Of a DNA stretch of 64,000 nt, positions 20,543-31,200 are shown piece after piece. The position numbers and the translations under genes are program-made. Below the pieces are notes generated by a model that did not search any database, had not been told where the DNA came from, and saw nothing but the letters and a program-made list of their open reading frames with translations. The number at the start of each line of letters is the position of its first letter. Position 1 is the stretch's first letter. This DNA comes from an uncultured Chloroflexia bacterium (GTDB taxonomy: Bacteria; Chloroflexota; Limnocylindria; Limnocylindrales; CSP1-4), in the NCBI GenBank assembly GCA_963748625.1, contig CAVVJT010000004.1, forward strand, positions 256,001-320,000, in the 5' to 3' direction.

Positions 20543-21924
20543 TCAGCGCAGCGGGCGCGCCTGGTCCGATGCGACGTTGCCGGCCTCCAGCGAACGTGGG
20601 GGTCCGGCCTCGGGCGCCGAGAGCCCCAGGGACGGCGCGACGGTCGTGGCATGGGTCACCGCGGTGCCGCGCCGGGACGAGGTCTTCGAGTTACCGGCGA
20701 GGACCTCCCCGAGACGCTCCAGCGAGGCGAGGGTTCCCGCGGGCAGGAAGTCGTCGATGAACGGGTAGGCGGCCCTCATCCCGGCCGCCAGCGGCTGGTA
20801 GCCCGGCGACGACGCCAGCGGGTTGAGCCACACGAGGCGATGGCAGTTGCGGCGCAGGCGCGCCGTCTCGGCCGCGACGAGCGCAGGATCGCCCCGATCC
20901 CAGCCGTCGGACACGATGATCACGACGCCCGACGAGCGCAGCGTCCGTCGTGCCCACGGTGGTTGAACTGCCGGAAGGATTCCCCGATCCGGGTGCCGCC
21001 CGCCCAGTCGGTCACGGCGTCGGCCACGCGCGCGAGCGCACGGTCACGATCACGGTCCTTCATGATGCGGGTCACCCGGGTCAGCCGCGTGCCGAACACG
21101 AACGATTCCGTACGGACCTCGTTGGTGCGCGCCAGCGCCTGGGCGAAGCGCAGCAGCAGGCGGGAATGCCGTTCCATCGAGCCGCTGATGTCGCAGATCA
21201 CCACGAGCTGGCGCGGCTCGCTCACCTGGCGCCGCCACACCCACTCGGTGAGCTCGCCGGTGGCCAGGTTCTGGCGGAACATCGCGCGGGGCGCAAGCCG
21301 GCGGCCATGGGGGTGGAGCTCGAACCGGCGGGTCTTGCGGCGTTCGAGCCTCGGGCGGAGGAGGTCCACGAACCGCTCAGCGTCGCGCAGCTCGGACGCC
21401 GTCATCCGGTCGAAGTCACGGTGGCGGAGGATCTCGCCACGGGACCAGGCATCGGGCGAGATGGTCTCACCCTCGAGCTCGCCGCCCTCCTCGGCGTCGC
21501 CCGCGAGCTGCACGCCCATGGTCGCGAGCTCCGTCAGGGTGGCGCCCGTTCCATCGGCCGGCTCCTCGCTCTCGCCCGGCTCCCCCTCGTCGCGGTCCGC
21601 GTCGGGCACGGCCTCGAGCCGGTCCGAGCTGGGCATCCTGCGCCCGCGCCGGCGCCAGAACTGGGCGAAGACCCGCTCGTAGACCTCGCGGTCGTCCTTG
21701 CGGCGCACGAAGACGGCGGCACCGGCGTCGCGCACCTGCTCGCGTCGTCCAAGGTCGATCAGCCCCAGGGCCCGCGCGAAGTCGATGGCGGCGGCCAGGT
21801 CGACCTGGAGGCCCGCCGACCGGAGCGCGCGCCCGAAGCCGACCGCTTCGGCGAGGAGGCGGCGACCGTCGACCATCTCGCCCGTGGCGGCAACCAGGAT
21901 CGGGGATGCGTCGGGGACGTTCAC
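20543..21924 (-). CDS. coxE: CoxE-like VWA protein (frameshift near 20950)
   Basis: DISGSM MIDAS, FGTRLT, WAGGTRIG, SDGWD and WLNPL. Confidence 0.85.
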
Positions 21925-21985
21925 ACGGGCACTGTGCCACGCTTCGCGACGAGGCGTCGCCGGGGCCCAGCAACGAACCGGACTG

Positions 21986-22411
21986 TCAATCAGGCAGCAC
22001 GCGGAACCCGAGGGCGGCCGCGTTGGACCGTACCGCTCGTCGAGGCTCAGGACATCGAGGTCGTACGGATCGCTGACCGTACGACCTCGGCTGTCGCCAG
22101 GTGTATGGCGTCGAGTGACCGGATGGCGTCATCCGGGAACGAACGTCGCGCACGGTCTACGACGGGCCGGCGATCGGCTCGATGCCCCAGCCAGCCGTCA
22201 GCTCATCGACTCGCTGACCGAGCAGATCGGCCGTGGATCTGTCGATGGCGCCGACCGCGACGTAGCGGTGGAGCGCCCGGTCGATCTCGACTTGCGTCAG
22301 AACGGATGTCACGACCATGTCGGCAGTCCCGAGCAGCTCAGCCACGGCGGCCCCGCGGGCCTCGCCCAGGAGCCACGCGAGCACCGCGCTGGACTCGACG
22401 TATCGCGTCAC
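21986..22411 (-). CDS. PIN-domain (VapC-like) toxin, with several frameshifts
   Basis: YVESSAVL...E; downstream frames read IRSLDAIHLATA, LSLDER and NAAALGFRVLPD-stop. Confidence 0.7.
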
Positions 22412-22710
22412 GCTCGGTCCTCGCGCAGGAAGTCGAGCATCTCCTTCGTGGATCTCCCTCCCAGGTCCACCGTGGGCAGCGGACGCCGGTACAGTTCAGG
22501 GTCGTTCCGGCGTGTCGGCAGGCGCAGACCGTCACGCCGGGCAAGCTCGAGAAAGCCGGGGTGCATGCCTGGGTACCCGGGCTGGCCGGGCGGCCTGAGC
22601 TCCGCCACGATGCGCCCGCGATCCGTGACGATGACGACGTCACCCGCCTCCACCTTGCGGACGTACTTGCTCAGGTGATTCTTGAGCTCCCTGATGCCGA
22701 CGGTCTCCAT
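22408..22710 (-). CDS. Phd/YefM family antitoxin
   Basis: METVGIRELKNHLSKYVRKVEAGDVVIVTDRG; overlaps the toxin start. Confidence 0.88.
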   Translation of the reverse strand: METVGIRELKNHLSKYVRKVEAGDVVIVTDRGRIVAELRPPGQPGYPGMHPGFLELARRDGLRLPTRRNDPELYRRPLPTVDLGGRSTKEMLDFLREDRA

Positions 22711-22718
22711 GGTCTGCA

Positions 22719-22740
22719 ATGTAGCCACATGTGGCCACAT
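22719..22740. promoter_or_regulatory. TA operator palindrome ATGTAGCCACATGTGGCCACAT
   Basis: Near-perfect 22-bp palindrome 8 bp upstream of the antitoxin ATG. Confidence 0.7.
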
Positions 22741-22786
22741 CGTCAACGGAACGTCGTCGCCGGAGCGTCGCCCACAGGGGCCAGGG

Positions 22787-23754
22787 TCAGACCTGGGAGG
22801 TCGCCTCCGACAGGTACTGGCGGGCCACCTGCCCGCGCACCTGCCGGATGTCTTCCTCGTACTTGAGGACGACGCCGAGGGTCTCGTCCACCAGGTCGGG
22901 CTCCAGCCCGACAGCCCCCAGGCTCAGCAGGGCGGCCGCCCAGTCGAGCGTCTCGGCGACACCCGGGACCTTGGTGAGGTCCGCGGCTCGCAGGCGATGG
23001 ATGAAGGCAACGACCTCCCGCGCGAGCTGGGCCGGCGCGTCGGGGACGCGAGTGGCCACGATCTCGTACTCCTTGGCCGCCGTCGGGTAGTCGATCCAGT
23101 GGTACAGGCAGCGCCGCTTGAGCGCGTCGTGGACCTCGCGCGTCCGGTTGGACGTCAGGATCACGCGCGGCGGCTTGTGCGCCCGGATGGTGCCGATCTC
23201 GGGCACGGTGATCTGGAAGTCGGACAGGATCTCGAGCAGGTAGGCCTCGAACTCCTCGTCCGCGCGGTCGATCTCGTCGATCAGGAGGACGGGCGCGACG
23301 CCGTCGTCCGCCTCGAGCGCCTGGAGCAGCGGGCGCTTGAGCAGGAACTCCGGGCCGAAGATGTCGTGGGCGCTGGCCTTGTCGATCTCGCCGCGCGCCT
23401 CGAGCAGCCGGATCTCCAGCATCTGGCGCGGGATAGTTCCACTCGTAGACCGCGGTGTTGACGTCCAGGCCCTCGTAGCACTGGAGGCGGATCAGGCGCG
23501 CGCCCAGGCTTGCGGCAAGGACCTTGGCCAGCTCGGTCTTGCCCACGCCGGCCTCGCCCTCGAGCAGCAGTGGCCGCCCGAGCTCCAGGGCGAGGAACAC
23601 GGTGGTGGCGATGCTGCGCTCGGCGATGTAGCCGTGGCTGCGGAACGACCTCCGTGATGCCCTCGATGGTGCGCGTCTCCTCGGGGCGATCGGCACGCGC
23701 TTCCGCACGGGACGCGGCCGTCGCCGTAGAGATCAGGGGCTGATCGGAGGTCAT
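22787..23754 (-). CDS. coxD: CoxD/MoxR AAA+ ATPase (two frameshifts)
   Basis: GEAGVGKT, RLQCYEGLD, LLIDEIDRADEEFE and HDALKRRC. Confidence 0.88.
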
Positions 23755-23835
23755 GCGCCGGATGCTACACCGGGGGTGGGGTTGCGAGTGGTGGCGGTGC
23801 CCGGGTCGTCAGGGTGGAACACCTCCGGTCCCGGT

Positions 23836-23982
23836 TGCCACTCCGGGCATATCTCAGGGTGCCAAGCGTGGCGCGGCCGACCCGATCCGACTCCGGCAAG
23901 GTCCTGGGCAGCGCCTCCGCAGCACCACGCACCCCGACCGCCCCGGCAGATCGCCGACCCGGCGCTGATGCCCGGAGTGGCA
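23836..23982. repeat. 147-bp element with perfect 15-bp terminal inverted repeats
   Basis: TGCCACTCCGGGCAT (23836-23850) / ATGCCCGGAGTGGCA (23968-23982); inner GCGTGG/CCACGC stem. Confidence 0.65.
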
Positions 23983-24131
23983 TCGTAGAAGCGGGTCGTC
24001 TCAGCGCGTGCGCGGAACACGATGCGTCCGGGGCCTCGCAGGCTCCTACTGTCCCGATCACGGTTCGCCCGCGGGTTGCGGACGGCCCCACGGGACGTCC
24101 TCGGCCGCGTCCTCGCCGCCCCGTGGGCGGA

Positions 24132-24264
24132 CACGCCTCCATCACCCCAACCCACGCCTCCATCCCCCAGCCATGGGGCGAAACGGGCCGGGGCCCACAG
24201 GGATCAACCCACGGATCGACAGTCTGGGCGTCCAGCCCAGCGTGGAGCCCCTCGTTCGCCCCAT
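24132..24264. repeat. Direct repeat CACGCCTCCATC x2 plus inverted repeat ATGGGGCGAA/TTCGCCCCAT
   Basis: Direct repeats at 24132 and 24153; inverted repeat at 24173-24182 / 24255-24264. Confidence 0.5.
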
Positions 24265-24341
24265 ACCTGGGGCGCCGCCGGGCGCGGCAGGGGCGCCACC
24301 GGGGCGGCGGGGTATCCGCCAGGCATTGGCGGGATGAGGCG

Positions 24342-25539
24342 CTAGGGCGGGTCGTCGGGCTGGGCTCGACCGTCGGCGTCGGGCCGGGTGTGCCGCTGCC
24401 GCCGGTGAGATCGCCGCTGGGGCTTGCGCTCGCCTGCGGGACGAGGACGGTCACGATCCGGCTACGCCGCAGGACACTGCCGTTGCCCCGCAGGGCGAGC
24501 ACCTGGACCTTGACCTCCACGACGCCTGCCGGCACGCGATAGCGCAGCGGGCGCTCGGGTGGGGCGGTGAACTCGCCGAGGATGCGCGGATCCGGGGTAG
24601 ACGGGATCGGGCGCCGGTCCAGTCCGCGAGACGGTCACGATCAGGAGTACGTCCTCGCGCGCCGGGTCTCCGTCCAGGTGACGGCGATACGCGGACCGGT
24701 GATGAGTCTGGCCCGTAGGCGGGGGCGCAGAATCGGCGGCGTAGGTGTCGGGGTGGCGGTGGGACTCGCGGTGGGCGTGGCCGTCGGGTCTGGACGGGGC
24801 GTCGGGTCTGGACGGGGCGTCGGGGGGGGCGTCGGCTCCATGGTGGCAGCCGTCGTCGACGTGGGGGCAGGCGTGCGGCCTGGCGCGAGCGTGGTCGTCG
24901 CCGTCGGGGCCGGTGGCGGCGATGGAGACCTCTCGTCGGCGGTGGTCGTGGGCTTCGGCGTCCGAAGCGATCCCGTGCCGCCGCCAGGACTCGTGGTCCG
25001 GTCGGGCAGGGACTCCGTCACCACACCCTCAGGCGAGTGCTCGACCACCACGCGGTCCTCCCCGACCGTGGCGATGTCGCCCGGGTCCGAGGAAGGTCTC
25101 ACCGATCCGCGCGGAACCTCCCTCCCCCACCCGCACGACAGCGCCGGGGGGCAGCAGCAGTCCGTCGGGGTCCTCGAGGACTTCGCCCCCAGGAAGGATC
25201 ACCTCCACGTGGACGGGTGCGACCAGGGCCGAGGCAGGCACTGGTGTCAGTTCGGGAGTGGGCCGGAGCGGGACCTGCGACCACGGCCAGGGCCAGCAGG
25301 GCCAGGGCGGCTCCAGCGCCTGCAGCCCACCAGCCCACGGCTGGGCGGCGGCGTGAAGGTGCGGATGTGGGTCTGGGAGCAAGCGCGGGGGCGGGGGCGC
25401 CTCCCGGAACGTCGGCCGCGGGAAGGCTTCCAGCGAGCGCGCGGAGACGCGTCTCCAGCCCGTCGGCAAACGCGGGGTCAACCAGCGGTGCCTGGCGGCG
25501 GCCGGCATCCTCGAGCGTGCGGCGGAGGTCGTCGTTCAC
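24342..25539 (-). CDS. Putative anti-sigma factor with TM helix, PT-rich linker and FN3-like C-terminal domain (several frameshifts; end approximate)
   Basis: GTGA overlap with the ECF stop; DPAFADGLETRLR N-terminus, TM segment, (TP)n linker, IAVTW...VQVLALRGNGSVL. Confidence 0.6.
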
Positions 25540-26135
25540 GATCCCTCCTCCGAACCCATCGTCTTGCGCAGCGCCCGCGTCGCCCGGAACACGACAACGG
25601 CCATCGTCGCCTTCGACGTGCCGAGGGCCGCCGCCGCCTCGTCGGGCGTCAGGCCGGCAAGGTAGCGCAACGCGAGCGCCTGCTGGTAGCGGGGGCTCAG
25701 ACGATCCATCGCGGCCAGCATCCCGGCGATGGCATCGCGGTCGCCCACCTCGTCGGCCGGGTCTCGCGGCGCCACGGCGGCCAGGCGGACCGCGGCGCCC
25801 GCGGCACGCGGCGAGGCATCACGACCCGATCGGCGGTAGTGATCGATGAGCTCGTTGGACACGATCCGGAACAGCCACGGGCCGAAGCCTCCCGGCTGCC
25901 ACGTGAAGGCATGGAGGTTGCGCAGGGCGCGCTCGAAGGCCGCCGAGGTGATGTCCTCGGCGACCTCGACGACGCCGGTCCGGCGGTACGCGAACGCGTG
26001 GACCCGGGGCAGGTAGCGGCGGTAGAGCTCCGCGAAGGCCGTCGGATCGACCTTCGCCTGCTCCACCAGCATCCGCTCGTCGCGATCCGTGTCCGCGCGT
26101 CCGTCCACCTGCACCAGTGTGCCGGTATCGGGCAC
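25536..26135 (-). CDS. ECF RNA polymerase sigma factor
   Basis: AFAELYRRY, AEDITSAAF, WLFRIVSN and region 4 LRYLAGLTPDEAAAALG. Confidence 0.9.
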   Translation of the reverse strand: MPDTGTLVQVDGRADTDRDERMLVEQAKVDPTAFAELYRRYLPRVHAFAYRRTGVVEVAEDITSAAFERALRNLHAFTWQPGGFGPWLFRIVSNELIDHYRRSGRDASPRAAGAAVRLAAVAPRDPADEVGDRDAIAGMLAAMDRLSPRYQQALALRYLAGLTPDEAAAALGTSKATMAVVVFRATRALRKTMGSEEGS

Positions 26136-26146
26136 GCCGGGCGCGG

Positions 26147-26884
26147 CTACTGCGCGGCGGCCGCCGCTTGGGCCGGGACGATCACGACGTCCGGCCCGCC
26201 GATCCCGACGACGCGTCCATCTGGGGCCAGGGCGACCACCGCATACCGGACGGACTGGCCGGCACTGAGGCTCTTGTCCCAGTAGGCTCGGACCCCGTTG
26301 AGCCGCGTGCGGTAGACCGCCTCACGGGCACCGCCATCGACCGAGCGGAAGAGCACGTAGCGCACGGCAGTCGGGCGGGTGGACGCGGCCCAGCGGCACT
26401 TCGCGCCGCTGGCATCACCGTCGATCACGTAGGCGCAGTTGAAGCCGAGTCTCTCGGGGGCGCGCATGAAGCGCACGGTCGCACGATCGCTGCTGCCCAG
26501 CCGGCTGCCATCGGTACCGATCGCGACCACCCGGTAGTGGTACGCGTGGCCCGGGGTGATGGTCCGATCGACGAACCGCAGGTCCTGGTCGGGCGTGACA
26601 CGGGCGATCCACTGGCGGGGCCTGCCGTCAACGGCGCGCCAGATGCGGTAGGCACGCACGTCGGCACCCGAGAACGCGGTCCAGCGGCACACGACGTACG
26701 GCTTGGCCTCGCTCATGACGGCGAGGTTGAGCGCACAGGACAGGTCGATGGCGGGCGTCGCCTCCGCGGCAGGCGTGAGCGAGGCGCTCGTGGCGGGCGC
26801 GCTTCCCGCCAGGGCGACAGTGGGCAGCAGGAGCGCCGCCATCAGGACGCCGCCGAGCAGCGAGACGAGGTTCGAACGTCGCAT
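26147..26884 (-). CDS. Secreted protein with two FN3-like domains
   Basis: Signal peptide (VALA); two repeats of C...CRW...Y.(I/L)(W/F)R.VDG...D....G....Y.VVA...DG; GGAGG SD. Confidence 0.75.
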   Translation of the reverse strand: MRRSNLVSLLGGVLMAALLLPTVALAGSAPATSASLTPAAEATPAIDLSCALNLAVMSEAKPYVVCRWTAFSGADVRAYRIWRAVDGRPRQWIARVTPDQDLRFVDRTITPGHAYHYRVVAIGTDGSRLGSSDRATVRFMRAPERLGFNCAYVIDGDASGAKCRWAASTRPTAVRYVLFRSVDGGAREAVYRTRLNGVRAYWDKSLSAGQSVRYAVVALAPDGRVVGIGGPDVVIVPAQAAAAAQ

Positions 26885-26923
26885 CGAGTTCCCTCCCGGG
26901 GTGTGCGGAATGTGGCACCCATG

Positions 26924-26951
26924 ACAACGAGGACCGCGCGCGTCGATTACA
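26924..26951 (-). promoter_or_regulatory. ECF-type promoter TGTAAT-N16-CGTTGT
   Basis: ECF-like -35 and CGT -10 upstream of the first gene of the cassette. Confidence 0.5.
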
Positions 26952-27117
26952 CCCGCGGCACCACGAAGGACCGGCCCGCGCACGACAGGTACTAGCCCGG
27001 TCTACTGGCGGCGCCGGGACCTTCGGGCCAGAACGGCGCGTGCTGGCACCACCCAGACTCCGTACCGAACGCGCCGGACATGGCGCTCAGGGGACATCAT
27101 CTGGAGGTCATCGCACA

Positions 27118-27603
27118 GTGCGCAGTCAGTTCAGCGGCCGCAAGCGGACTTCGGCCGCGCTCGGCGCCATCCTTGCCCTCGCCGTCGCGGGCGGCGCGCT
27201 CGCCTACTGGACCATCGGCGGCGGCGGCACGGGCTCGGCCACCGCGGGGAACGTCAACCCTGTGACCGTGACCCAGACGTCGACGGTTACCGGCATGTAT
27301 CCGGGCAGGACGCCGCAGCTGCTCGCCGGCGACATCACCAACCCGAACCCCGGCAAGGTGTTCGTGAGCTCGGTCACGGCCCTCGTTGAGCCCTTCTCCT
27401 CGACCGCCGTCGATGCCGGCAAGCCGGCATGCACGGAGGCGGATTTCGTGATCGGTGGTTCGGCCCCCGTCGGTGTCGAGATGGACCCCGGGGTCAACGT
27501 GGATGCGTGGTCGGGCCTGACGGTCGCCCTCACCGACGCGGCGACGAACCAGGACAACTGCAAGGGCGTCTCGATCCAGATCAACTACACGGCGAACCCG
27601 TAA
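27118..27603 (+). CDS. Secreted TasA/CalY-like protein with SipW-type signal peptide (putative major fibre subunit)
   Basis: GGALA/YWT processing motif, MYPG...ITNPN and C-terminal NQDNCKG; GGAGG before GTG 27118. Confidence 0.7.
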   Translation: MRSQFSGRKRTSAALGAILALAVAGGALAYWTIGGGGTGSATAGNVNPVTVTQTSTVTGMYPGRTPQLLAGDITNPNPGKVFVSSVTALVEPFSSTAVDAGKPACTEADFVIGGSAPVGVEMDPGVNVDAWSGLTVALTDAATNQDNCKGVSIQINYTANP

Positions 27604-27615
27604 CCAGGGCCGGCG

Positions 27616-27651
27616 GCCGGCGGGCGGGCGACCTGATCACCCGCCCCCGGC
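27616..27651 (+). promoter_or_regulatory. Intercistronic GC-rich hairpin after the first fibre gene
   Basis: GCCGG-C-GGGCGGG...CCCGCCC-CCGGC stem without a U-tract. Confidence 0.4.
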
Positions 27652-27683
27652 ACTCCGCGTCCTGAGCAGGATCGAAGCGGACG

Positions 27684-28253
27684 GTGCCGACGGTGAACAC
27701 ACCCGAACAGCCGGGCGCCGACGCCGGCGCCGCTGGGGCGACCGCCCTCGGGCGGCGACGTCTCCTCCAGCTCGCCGCGATCCTGCTGCTGGTCCTCCTG
27801 CTCGAGCTGGCGGGCCTGCTCCTCAGTGCACCGGACCAGGGTCAGCCTGCCGTCTCGGCCGCGTCGTACGGCCACACCGCCACCACGGGTGGCGACTTCA
27901 TCATCTCCGGCGAGATCGCGCCGCTCCCGGACTGTTCGGGCGTCGCGACCCTCGTTCCAGGCGTCGACCGGTGTCTCGTGTACACCGTCCGCAACCCGGG
28001 ACCCGCACCGATCGCCGTGACCTCGATCTCGATCTCGAAGGTCGGCGCTCCGGACGTGTGCCCCGTGAGCGTCCTCGATCTCGAGCGGACGACGTTCACG
28101 GGCACGCTCATGGTCGCCGCAGGTGGCACCGCGACGGTGTCCTCCGGGCGGATTGCCCTGCGTGACACGGGCGAGAACCAGGACGCCTGCAAGGGTGCCG
28201 AGTTCACCTTCACCTTCACCGGCACTGCCCGCCGTGGAGCGGGACCGACGTGA
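27684..28253 (+). CDS. Paralogous membrane-anchored or secreted TasA-like subunit
   Basis: N-terminal TM; LVPG...VRNPG and NQDACKG shared with the upstream protein. Confidence 0.65.
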   Translation: MPTVNTPEQPGADAGAAGATALGRRRLLQLAAILLLVLLLELAGLLLSAPDQGQPAVSAASYGHTATTGGDFIISGEIAPLPDCSGVATLVPGVDRCLVYTVRNPGPAPIAVTSISISKVGAPDVCPVSVLDLERTTFTGTLMVAAGGTATVSSGRIALRDTGENQDACKGAEFTFTFTGTARRGAGPT

Positions 28254-31200
28254 CCGGGAAGCTCCGTTTCGCCCGGATGCCGGTCGCCGTGGCGGTTGCG
28301 CTGAGCCTCGTGCTTGCCACCGCTGCCGTCACGCTCGCCTACTGGGCCGTCGGCGGGTTCGGATCCGCGTCGGCCTCGACGCTCGTCCTTGATCCCCCGA
28401 CTGCGGTCACCGCCACGTTCCCGAACCAGGCGTCGCGGACGGTCCGCGTGACGTGGACGGGACATGCCGCTCCCGGTGGCGGCAACCCAACCGGCTACTA
28501 CGTGCAGCGACTCGCCGGCGCGACGCCGAGCCCTGCATGCGGGTCGTCGCCCACCTCGCTCCTCTCGGGCGCGGCCGCCACCTGTGACGACCCGGGCGTG
28601 GCCTCCGGTACCTACACGTACGTGGTGACGGCAGTCTTCCGGACCTGGACGGCAGCGAGCACGCCCAGCGCAGCCGTGACCGTGCCGGTCCCCGCGCTCG
28701 CGTCGTTCTCGGTGGTCCCGTCCACCCTGGCCCCGACGGCGGGCTCGGGCATCACGCTCGCCGTGACCGCGATCGACCAGTACGGGGCCACGATGACGTC
28801 GTACGCTGGCGTCCAGTGCGTGACGCTGGGCGGCGCGCACGACGCACCTGGCGGCGCCGGCCCGACCTATCCGGCCGCGGGGAGCTGCGGCAGCGGAAGC
28901 AGCGTGACCTTCACGTCCGGCGCAGCGACCGTGCCTGTCACCCTCGTCGCGGCTGAGACCACGACGATCTCCGTGGTCGACAACGCCACGGCGAAGTCCG
29001 GCACGACCGCAAGCATCGCGGTTGGCCCCGGCGCCGCGAGCAGGCTCGCGTTCACGGTCAGCCCGTCGACCCCCACGGCCGCGGGCAGCGCGTTCGCGAC
29101 CCAGCCCCGCGTGACCGTGCAGGACGCGTACGGCAACACCGTGACCGGCGACACGAGCGCGGTCACCCTGGCCGTGACCGGCGGCGGGGCGCTGGTCAGC
29201 GGCTGCAGCGCGAACCCGGTCGCGGCCGTGGCCGGTGTGGCCACCTTCGCCGGCTGCCGGGTCACGACCGCGGGCACCTTCACCCTGGCCGCGACCGACG
29301 GCGCCCTCACCGGGGCGACCAGCGCGGGCTTCACGATCACCGCGGGCGCCGCGAGCAGGCTCGCGTTCACGGTCAGCCCGTCGACCCCCACGGCCGCGGG
29401 CAGCGCGTTCGCGACCCAGCCCCGCGTGACCGTGCAGGACGCGTACGGCAACACCGTGACCGGCGACACGAGCGCGGTCACCCTGGCCGTGACCGGCGGC
29501 GGGGCGCTGGTCAGCGGCTGCAGCGCGAACCCGGTCGCGGCCGTGGCCGGTGTGGCCACCTTCGCCGGCTGCCGGGTCACGACCGCGGGCACCTTCACCC
29601 TGGCCGCGACCGACGGCGCCCTCACCGGGGCGACCAGCGCGGGCTTCACGATCACCGCGGGCGCCGCGAGCAGGCTCGCGTTCACGGTCAGCCCGTCGAC
29701 CCCCACGGCCGCGGGCAGCGCGTTCGCGACCCAGCCCCGCGTGACCGTGCAGGACGCGTACGGCAACACCGTGACCGGCGACACGAGCGCGGTCACCCTG
29801 GCCGTGACCGGCGGCGGGGCGCTGGTCAGCGGCTGCAGCGCGAACCCGGTCGCGGCCGTGGCCGGTGTGGCCACCTTCGCCGGCTGCCGGGTCACGACCG
29901 CGGGCACCTTCACCCTGGCCGCGACCGACGGCGCCCTCACCGGGGCGACCAGCGCGGGCTTCACGATCACCGCGGGCGCCGCGAGCAGGCTCGCGTTCAC
30001 GGTCAGCCCGTCGACCCCCACGGCCGCGGGCAGCGCGTTCGCGACCCAGCCCCGCGTGACCGTGCAGGACGCGTACGGCAACACCGTGACCGGCGACACG
30101 AGCGCGGTCACCCTGGCCGTGACCGGCGGCGGGGCGCTGGTCAGCGGCTGCAGCGCGAACCCGGTCGCGGCCGTGGCCGGTGTGGCCACCTTCGCCGGCT
30201 GCCGGGTCACGACCGCGGGCACCTTCACCCTGGCCGCGACCGACGGCGCCCTCACCGGGGCGACCAGCGCGGGCTTCACGATCACCGCGGGCGCCGCGAC
30301 GGTCCTCGCCGTATCGTCGGGCGCCGGCCAGTCCGCGGATGTCGGCACCGCCTTCGGGAGCCCGCTCGTCGCGCTGGTCACGGACGGCTTGGGCAACCCG
30401 GTCTCCGGCGTCACTGTCACGTTCACGGCGCCCGGGTCGGGGGCGACCGGAGTGTTCCCCGGCCCCTCGTCCACCTCGACCGCGGTCTCCAACGCAGGCG
30501 GTCTGGCGTCGTCGTCCACCTTGACGGCGAACACGGTCGCGGGTGCCTGGTCGGTGTCGGCAAGTGCGAGCGGGACGAACACGACCGCGTTCGGGCTCAG
30601 CACCAGCCCCGGCGCCGCGAGCAGGCTCGCGTTCACGGTCAGCCCGTCGACCCCCACGGCCGCGGGCAGCGCGTTCGCGACCCAGCCCCGCGTGACCGTG
30701 CAGGACGCGTACGGCAACACCGTGACCGGCGACACGAGCGCGGTCACCCTGGCCGTGACCGGCGGCGGGGCGCTGGTCAGCGGCTGCAGCGCGAACCCGG
30801 TCGCGGCCGTGGCCGGTGTGGCCACCTTCGCCGGCTGCCGGGTCACGACCGCGGGCACCTTCACCCTGGCCGCGACCGACGGCGCCCTCACCGGGGCGAC
30901 CAGCGCGGGCTTCACGATCACCGCGGGCGCCGCGAGCAGGCTCGCGTTCACGGTCAGCCCGTCGACCCCCACGGCCGCGGGCAGCGCGTTCGCGACCCAG
31001 CCCCGCGTGACCGTGCAGGACGCGTACGGCAACACCGTGACCGGCGACACGAGCGCGGTCACCCTGGCCGTGACCGGCGGCGGGGCGCTGGTCAGCGGCT
31101 GCAGCGCGAACCCGGTCGCGGCCGTGGCCGGTGTGGCCACCTTCGCCGGCTGCCGGGTCACGACCGCGGGCACCTTCACCCTGGCCGCGACCGACGGCGC

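Noticed and set aside
23760-24270. Moco or cobalamin riboswitch, or retron ncRNA, upstream of coxD
   Set aside because: I could not match the consensus motifs, coxD appears leaderless, and no reverse transcriptase is present.
26952-27117. c-di-GMP or c-di-AMP riboswitch ahead of the fibre operon
   Set aside because: No recognisable consensus elements.
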